Source: Octopus vulgaris (taxonomy: Eukaryota). Taken from it: a stretch of DNA of 64,000 nucleotides. The stretch is taken from the NCBI GenBank assembly GCA_951406725.2, contig OX597821.1, positions 76,136,001 to 76,200,000 of the forward strand, read 5' to 3'. Both the position numbers and the translations under genes were made by a program. Below the pieces are notes generated by a model that saw only the letters and a list, made by a program, of their open reading frames with translations, was not told where the DNA came from and ran no database searches. Below, in pieces: positions 52,270 to 64,000 of this stretch (position 1 is its first letter; each line of letters starts with the position of its first letter).

Positions 52270-52655
52270 AAAACGCATACATTCACACATCGACTCCGTC
52301 GGTCACGAATGAGGTGCACCTAGGAGGTTCCCCTCCGGGGTACAAGTCTGGACGGAAAGTCACCTCACCGGAGAACGCACAACCTGGGGTTGTTTTTATG
52401 GAAGACTAGCAGTCGCCCACCCATGCATACCAGGCCTCATTTTTCACACCATTGATGTTATCCAAGGGAAAGGCAAAGGGGCCGATGCAGCTTGGCACCA
52501 GTAAATGTCGCAACTCATTTCTACCGCTGAGTGGACTGGAGCAAAGCGAAATATATTGTCTGCTCAAGAACACAATACGCAGCCCGGTCTGGGAATCGAA
52601 CTTACAGCCTCACGATCATCAGCTCGATGCTCTCATCACTGGGACATGCACCTTC
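52270..52655 (-). mobile_element. Family C SINE with an extended tail
   Basis: GCTGAGTGGACTGGAGCA...TGCTCAAGAACACAA...GGGAATCGAAC is shared with 1740-1860. Confidence 0.55.
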
Positions 52656-52810
52656 ACACAATCACGCATGCATACCTACGTAACTGCATGCATGTGTGTG
52701 CATGTATGTATAAAAATATATATATGTATATATAAATATATAAATGCATATAATATATGTGTATATATATATATATATGTCCGACGAACAGGAATGTGAA
52801 ACTCTAGCAG

Positions 52811-52843
<33 letters not shown>

Positions 52844-53041
52844 AATATATATATATGCATGTTTATGCAGTATTTTTAGATATACGAATACATAAGTGCT
52901 TATATGTATATATGTATATATGTATATCTGTATGTATGCATGTATGTATGTGTGCATGTGTTTATGTGTGTGAGTGTATGTAAATTTACAATAATATATA
53001 AACATGTACATACAACTATATACAGAGACATATAATGTATG

Positions 53042-53073
<32 letters not shown>

Positions 53074-53077
53074 GATT

Positions 53078-53238
53078 ACTTAACAACCACATGGTTCCAG
53101 GTTCGGTCTCACCGACTTGCACCTTCGGCAGGTGTTTCTACTACAGCCTCGGGGCGACCAAAGCCTTCTGAGTGGATTTGGTAGACGGAAACTGATAGAA
53201 GCCCGTCGTATATATATATATATGTATATATATATATG

Positions 53239-53286
<48 letters not shown>

Positions 53287-53545
53287 CGTGTTTGTGTGTG
53301 TGTGTATGTGTTTTTGTGTGTGTGTGTGTGTATGTAGTTGTGCGTCTGTATTTATCTCCGCACCATCGCTTGACAATCGATACTGTTGCTTTTAGGTCAC
53401 CGTAACTTAGCGGTTCTGCAAAAGAGACCGATAGAATAAATACTAGGCTTACAAAGAATAACTACTGTTAGACTTGTTAGATTAAAGGTGGTACTCCAGC
53501 GTGGCCGGCGTCAAATAACTGAAACAAATAAAAGAGTAAAGGAGT
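53078..53545 (+). mobile_element. Family B SINE
   Basis: Diverged consensus match with an internal TA/TG tract. Confidence 0.8.
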
Positions 53546-53649
53546 ATGTATATATACAAACGGATAGATAGATAGCTATTGATACATAGATATGGATATA
53601 GATATATACACATACATATATATATATACATATAAATGTATATATATGT

Positions 53650-53689
<40 letters not shown>

Positions 53690-54052
53690 ATTCGGATATA
53701 TGCATATGTATTTGTGCGTGTGTGTATGTGTTTGTAAAAGTATATGTATGCCTTACGTGTAATTATGGAGGTTTACTTTATCGCAAGTCTAATGTGTCTT
53801 GGAATCATAAAATGCATTCAATGCTTTTAAAAGCAAGGTCTAGTCGGTTTTAATTTTGTAAATTCTTTCATCTAGGCATCAGCGCAGCTGTTTCCAGATT
53901 CTTCAGAGTATAAAATGTAGCTGACACTCTATTTTATCCTGTGAAGAATCTGCGTAGAGTTGAGCAGACCTCGAGATGAATTAGTTTGCAAGTTGTACGT
54001 CACAATTAAATTATATACTATATACCATAGATATAGATAGACAGACAGATGA

Positions 54053-54133
<81 letters not shown>

Positions 54134-54613
54134 GGGAGAGAGAGACAGATAGAGAAACAGAGAGCAAGATAGATTAAGAGAGTGTAAAATATTTAGATAG
54201 ATAGGACAGTTAAATAGACGGATATATGTAAATATGCAAATATGCATGTGTATGCCCCTGTATGCATATGGATATATATATATGCGTATGTGTGTGTGAG
54301 TGTGCGCGGGCGTTAGTATCTCAACATATGTATATATTTTAAAGCTTGCAAAACATTTTATTTAGGAAAAAGCAAACTTGATTGGAGAATCTTATAAAAG
54401 ATTTTGATGCGACATCGAAAACTTTCATGATTCTGGAAGTGACTTTACTCTCTAGGCAAATGTTAAGAAAATTTATTGTAAAACATTTGTATGTAGAGTG
54501 CAGTGTGGGCTGTGTGATTACACACACATACACACACACATCTAGCTATATCCATACGCACACACATATATATACATACATGCATACATACATATATATA
54601 AATAAATATATAT

Positions 54614-55010
54614 AGGCGCAGGGGTGGCTTGCTTACCAACCACATGGTTCCGGGTTCAGTCCCACTGCGTGGCACCTTGGGCGAGTGTCTTCTACTATAG
54701 CCACGGGCCGACCAAAGCCTTGTGAGTGGATTTGGTAGACAGAGACTGAAAGAAGCCCGTCGTATATATGTATATTTATATATGTATATGTGGTGTATAT
54801 GTCTGTGTGTATGTGTTTGTACCACCGACATCGCTTGACAACCGATGCTGGTGTGTTTACGTCCCCGTAACTTAGCGGTTCAGCAAAAGAGACCGATAGA
54901 ATAAGTACTAGGCTTACAAAGAATAAGTCCTGGTGTCGATTTGTTCGACTAAAGGCGGTGCTCCAGCATGGTCGCAGTCAAATGACTGAAACAAATAAAA
55001 GAGTAAAAGA
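54614..55010 (+). mobile_element. Family B SINE
   Basis: Near-consensus copy. Confidence 0.88.
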
Positions 55011-55219
55011 TATATATATATATATATATATATATATGGATCAAAACTCTTTGATTCAGATTCGTTGGTGCTTCGATAGTTTCAAGCGTGATGCTAATCT
55101 CCAGCGTTATTGAATCCCAAAGAATTTTAATCAAACAGTTTTGATCCATTCACATAACTCCGAATAAATATATTGAGTACCCTCTTTTTTCGTTTGTCCA
55201 CTCACTCAAATGTATGGGC

Positions 55220-55278
<59 letters not shown>

Positions 55279-55729
55279 TATATGAATGCATGTATGAATG
55301 CATGTAGGTATTTATATTTTATATATATATATATGTACGGGAGACTTCACTCAGTTTCAGTCAATCAAATCCACTCACAAGGCTTTGGTCGACCTGAGGC
55401 TATCATCAAATACATTTTCTTAAGATACCACTCAGAAAGACTAAACCCGGAGGTCTTTGGTTTGGAAGCAAAATTCTTACCAAACCTACACCCTCACACA
55501 CCAACACACAGACACATATATGTACACACACACACACAAACTCCTTATATGTAAGTGTGTGTGAGCAGATGTTCGTGTTTTATGTGTTTGAATTTACAAT
55601 CGTGTGAATATCAGAGCGATCCGTGTGTATATTGTAAATATCTAACACATTTACGGATACTTTAAATAAATCATTATACGCAGGCGTGGATGTATGGTAA
55701 GAAGCTATACATACGTACACACACATACA

Positions 55730-55857
<128 letters not shown>

Positions 55858-55934
55858 TATGTATGTATATATATATTTGTATGTGCATGTGTGTATCTGT
55901 GTGTCGTTGTGCTTGCGTTTGTTTTCCATTACCG

Positions 55935-58706
<2,772 letters not shown>

Positions 58707-59109
58707 GAAACTGGCCCGAAGGTCCTTCCCCCTTACTAGCCTCGTAAGACCGATTTCCCGGATTCTGGTGTGTATATATCTATTCTCCACCTGGAGGGGA
58801 CGCTGGTCCGTCGTGTTATTATTCATTATTGCCAGCTGAGTGAATTGGAGCAATTTCATGAAATAAAGTATTTCCTGAAAGAACGTAACCCATCTGTCGG
58901 CCAAGGAATCGAAACTGCAAACTTACGACCATGAGTACAACACCCTAACCAATAAGCCACCAGCCTCCACACATACATGCGCACAGATATATATATATAT
59001 GCATATGTATATGTATATATGTCTATACAATCACTGTAACTGTAGATGTACTGCATATATAATTAAACATACGTACGTATATGAGCAATATCTGTACCTG
59101 AATATAAAC

Positions 59110-59161
<52 letters not shown>

Positions 59162-59386
59162 TTACATACATGCGCGTGTGTGTGTGTGTGTGATAGATTA
59201 TAGTTCTGCTTTGTAATTAGTTACATTGACAACACTGACAAAATTGTCTGTGTGTCTGCGTATATCTAACTGTTCAAACGCACACACTTACATGCACATA
59301 CATACACACGTACATACATACATACATACATACATACATACATACACACACACATACATACATACATACATACATACATACATACA

Positions 59387-59417
<31 letters not shown>

Positions 59418-60348
59418 GGAGAAACTATATATTCTGGACAGCAATTCTAATTATTGTTGCAAAAGATTACTACTACTTTGGCGTATAAGACGTGCCGTTT
59501 GCTAATAATAACATAATAGCCAGCCGCCATAGAGAGTTTCTTGACCAAAGTCTTTGTTTAACCGGCTGTACTAATACAGATATTGTTTCTTCTGGTTTCA
59601 ACCAATTCCATCGTCAAATCACTGTAACTAATTTGAACATTGCATTCATTAGCCAGATTAATCTCTCCAAAACTTTGCTGTGTGTGTAATACACTCATTT
59701 CTATCCTTTTTTTGTTTTGTTTTTGTGTCCAGCTACGTACCATATTAGTCGTCTGCTTTTCTTCCTTTCTTATCATGTCTATCTGCTTCACTTCCTAGAT
59801 ACGCTTCCAAGTCTTTAAACTAAATTTCGAATATTGAACACTTTCTTTTATCTAATTTCACTTTTATTCTAACAGTCTAATTAACTCTGCACGTTTTGTT
59901 TTAATTCTATTTTATCCTTCCCAACTTCTCTTCCATCAATACCTACAAATATATCAGAATTTTAATTTCTACCAAACTTGCTAACAATGGAAAGAAAGGT
60001 GGGTAATATCAGTGAATAAATAATGAAACTTGACGCAACAATTCATTAACATTTGCTTAACTTCCTTCGCAGTGCACAGAGGGAAAGTAGCTCTTTCTTA
60101 CACCGAATCACCCTGGTCACCTTTATACCGAGCATATGGATATAATAGCAGCTTCTACGAAGCTGCTCGGCCTACGAGAAAAAGTAGCTCAACGTCCCTC
60201 TAATCGCACGGTACCGTTTGAAAAGATATATGTATACACTTATATATAGAAAATTGTGGTCCCTTACATACTAGGCGGTCGTTAAAGTTGTGCACCAAGA
60301 CATTTTAATTAACTAATCAATGTTCCATCTGCACTGAGGAGAAAAACA

Positions 60349-60496
60349 AAATTTTGTTGACTAACGTTAGTTAAGAAAAGATTCTGAGACAAACATGAAA
60401 TTAAATTTTTAAAAAAAAACAGAATTTTGTTGACTAACATCAGTTAAGAAAGGATGCTCAGACAAACATGGAATTAAAATTTTAAAAATAGAATTT
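60349..60496 (+). repeat. Two-copy tandem repeat, unit about 74 bp
   Basis: AATTTTGTTGACTAAC..AGTTAAGAAA.GAT.CT.AGACAAACATG.AATTAAA occurs twice. Confidence 0.85.
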
Positions 60497-61784
60497 AGTG
60501 GGAAATGTGTCTTATCTTTGACAGTATGATGGTAAGGCGGATATAATTCAATCATTCTAGTTAGTGCCCACTTTATTATTTGTTGGGGAACGCGGCACGT
60601 GCCGTCGTCCTACATATTTCTTTTCCACGATTCAGTTTTTCTTAACTAAACATCTAAATACATCGGTTATCAGTCTAAGTTCTGGTAATATTTGCTAGAC
60701 TACATACTTCACAAATAAGTTAAAAGTATGCCACAGTCATCACTGTATTCCTAAAAAGCTGAAATATAAATTAAGTTCAATAGTTATCATGTCTGTCGTT
60801 TTTGACCAGAATTGGTTATTTAAAAATGATATTTTCTCCCCTCACGAGGGGTGCGATTTTAGTAAAGAAAATATTTTGGATCACTACATCAAGAATATTA
60901 GCTAACACTTTACTAATTGATTTTATTACAGCAGGCGTCTCTGAGTATTTTCCAGGTCTTTATTCTTATGAAAATCAGAGTAAGAGCTGATGGAGTATTC
61001 TGAGAGAACATAACAACAGAGACGTTTTTGTTGTTTTATATTGTTACTAAACTGTCACAATTACAAGAAATAATCTATAGATGGACAATACTCGGCCAAA
61101 ATGAAATCGATAACAAACTCTCAATGATAAATGAATATCCGAAGATTCAAACTTGAGTCTAAAGGGTTTACATCGCAGCACATGACGAAAGCTTTCTCAC
61201 CCAAGACTATCAAAGCGTTATATTAACACAGAGAAGAGTAAATAAAAAATAATAACTTGGAACCATTAAAATAAAAAATAAATAATAAATATAAACAATA
61301 TTTTTTCTATCTGCGGCCATAGTCACAACAGAATATAAAAACTGTTCGTTTAAAAGGTGCCGTACACGACAAACTCTGCCCATAATATATCATATACGTA
61401 ATACAGAGACGGTAGAAATCCCAAATGGCACACACTATTAGATTGTGGTAATCTATTCGTCTTAATGATTCTGCAGATATTTTATCGCTTTATTTGCCTT
61501 TCCATCGCATTTCGTAATTTTTTAAAGATTTTATTTCCATTACCAGCACCACATATATGCGAGATCTGCTCTAACCTTTGTCATCATTGTTCTTTTATGC
61601 ATTCAGCCATTCTCTCGGTGCCATCTATTCATCACCAAAACTGATATTTCTGTTTTACTCTCACAGGCTACCATTTTGTTTGTGTCATGTATTTACTGCT
61701 GGTCATCTCACTTAATTTCTCATTTGATTGATTTATGCAGTTCAATAAGTTCTTGAAGTTTTTAGGCTTTTGATCACACTACGA

Positions 61785-61974
61785 TATGAAGGGAGGTTGA
61801 AAAGTTCCTGGCTTTAAGAACATCGCGAAAGGCTTGGCTCGAGGCCCAACTTTCTGAGTTCTTTTACAGGGCGTAGAAAACTGAAGGATCGCTGCAATAA
61901 ATGTGTGAATCTTGAAGGGGAATATGTTGAATAAAATCAAAACAGCTCCAAGAACTTTCAGCACACCTCTCGTA
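61785..61974. mobile_element. Mariner-derived MITE
   Basis: Ends TATGAAGGGAGGTTGAAAAGTTC and GAACTTTCAGCACACCTCTCGTA are imperfect inverted repeats. Internal GCAATAAATGTGTGAATCTTGAAGGGGAATATGTTGAATAA resembles the mariner KC...G.YVE* end. Confidence 0.7.
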
Positions 61975-62238
61975 TACATTAAATGTAGGTGCAAATGCAG
62001 TTTTGCTTTCAAAACACCTAGACCCACCTTATGTAAGTCTCTCAGATTTGTAGCGAGTATACTGAAGAACTGTAAGCTCGTGAAACCCAAACTTTTGCAC
62101 TATCTTGATATATACTCTGATGACGATATTAGGGTCGTTGATGCTGTGCAGTGGAGTTCCATCCCGGTGCTAGCATAACTTTCAATGACAATGTTGGGTA
62201 CAAGTCCTTCAGATATTTTCCAGAAGCATATCACAGCA

Positions 62239-62320
<82 letters not shown>

Positions 62321-62344
62321 ATATCTATACACATGCACACATCC

Positions 62345-62379
<35 letters not shown>

Positions 62380-62456
62380 CATACATACATACAAATATAT
62401 AAGCAAATAAATATGCACACATATATATATATATCTGTATATACATAGGTATGTGC

Positions 62457-62508
<52 letters not shown>

Positions 62509-62543
62509 GTGTGTGTGTAAATATATATACATAGGTGTATACA

Positions 62544-62586
<43 letters not shown>

Positions 62587-62853
62587 GTTTGTATATACAG
62601 GCATATATACATATACGTATATATATATTTATATATATATATATACTTATATATACATATATGTATACGTATGTATACACACACACATACATACATACAC
62701 ACACACATACTAATTGAGAGCTGGAAAGGAAGAAATGTGACTATTAGCCATCCGAAACCCCATCATCCCCTACAGCACAAGTGGTGTTCTTCTCCCTCAC
62801 CCTGGACTGAAGTGTACTAAATACCCGGAAACGAATTTTTACCGACGACGATG

Positions 62854-62906
<53 letters not shown>

Positions 62907-63599
62907 CGCAATATGAGTGCGTGCGTGTGTATGTATATATTAAATACGAGGAAGAAGGAAAGAGGAGAGAGATATTTGGATATAAATATTGTTTAAGAAT
63001 CAAACAAACCATAAAATGCCATTAAAAATGAAGATATGAGACATGTAAAATAATTTCTTTTGAAGGAATCGTGTTGGAATATGTTCTCGAAGTTTATCAA
63101 AAGCAACGACACTCTTCAACTTCACAGCTGTAATACCTAATGAATTATAGACATACGTTTACTAAAAATTTAATTTTTTTCTCATTTTTTTTTCCTGGTC
63201 ACTCTATATCTTGGTCATTATAACAATTTATAGATTAGTCAATAATGCTAACTCTCGTTATCTTTCCACGATAAATCAATGATATATAAGCCTATTGATT
63301 TTCGTTGGTAAGCATATCAACGTTGTGTTTGTTGGGTAAAAAAAAATTAGATAAATTTTTCTTGCCATATGTACCCCTTTACGGTGCAAACTAAATACAT
63401 AAAAGTTGTTTGTTACCTCTCACATCATCTTTGTATTCAGGATAGCAAATATAAAGATATCTGTGCAGTACATGTTGTTACTCCATATATTTTGGGAGAA
63501 TGGTGGTACGCCAACTCCATCTGCATCCGTTTTTCTTCGGTTTTAAGGACCAAGTCTTTTGCTCTCATCACCCATCTTCAACGTTTAATATATCTACTG

Positions 63600-63712
63600 T
63601 CTTAAATTCCACCGAGGTCGACTTTGCCTTTCATCATTAAAGGCTTGGTACATTAAGTACCAGTTGCGTATTGGCGTCAATCTAATCGACTGGCCTCCTC
63701 CCCAAACTTTTG
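63600..63712 (+). mobile_element. Family A SINE, 3' part
   Basis: AAATTCCACCGAGGTCGACTTTGCCTTTCATC...GTACCAGTTGCGTA. Confidence 0.75.
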
Positions 63713-64000
63713 GGTAAGGTGTGACAAGGACATCATGAAAACCAATTTCCTCCGAACTGTGATGGGTTTTAAGTGTGTCTACAATGAGGGTGACGGCATG
63801 CGGCTTTATATCGTTGAACAGCACCCTAGAGGTAATTCATATGGCTGGGTGAAGCAGCTGGAAACTGATCAATCCTTAACTAGAGAGGGTTACCCCTGGA
63901 AAGCCATATGTCAGGCACCAAGATGTGGCTCCTTGCCATACCTCCGAAGGAGACAGAAGTGATTGTCGGAGAATCTGTACGACTTCACCAGCTTCAATAT

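Noticed and set aside
59492-59990. A-rich minus-strand segment behind an acceptor-like TTTGTAG
   Set aside because: Frames are interrupted by stops and no motif was recognised.

Overview
AT-rich, microsatellite- and SINE-dense animal DNA. The repeat families look like those of an octopod cephalopod (Octopus); this is inferred, not verified. Almost all ORF-track entries are microsatellite or SINE artefacts. The one convincing host coding sequence is missing from the track because it has no stop inside the window: a minus-strand exon (1210 to <1, 395 open codons from the ATG at 1186) encoding an RD3 (retinal degeneration 3)-like protein with a VDYSWL motif, a long insertion and a long C-terminal extension. 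A decayed partial duplicate lies just upstream. Possible plus-strand 5' exons lie near 26.0 kb and 34.1 kb. Mobile DNA includes three tRNA-derived SINE families, R4/Dong-type, HERO-like, CR1/L2-like and Tx1-like LINE fragments, a near full-length defective mariner, a Tc1 fragment and MITEs. The most notable hidden structure is several distinct families of minimal type I hammerhead ribozyme motifs: a tandem-plus-inverted retrozyme/Penelope-like unit at 45.4-46.7 kb (predicted 483-nt monomer), and a tRNA-headed SINE-like element carrying a hammerhead (12.35-12.67 kb, with further copies). Coordinates were read by eye, so repeat boundaries are approximate.
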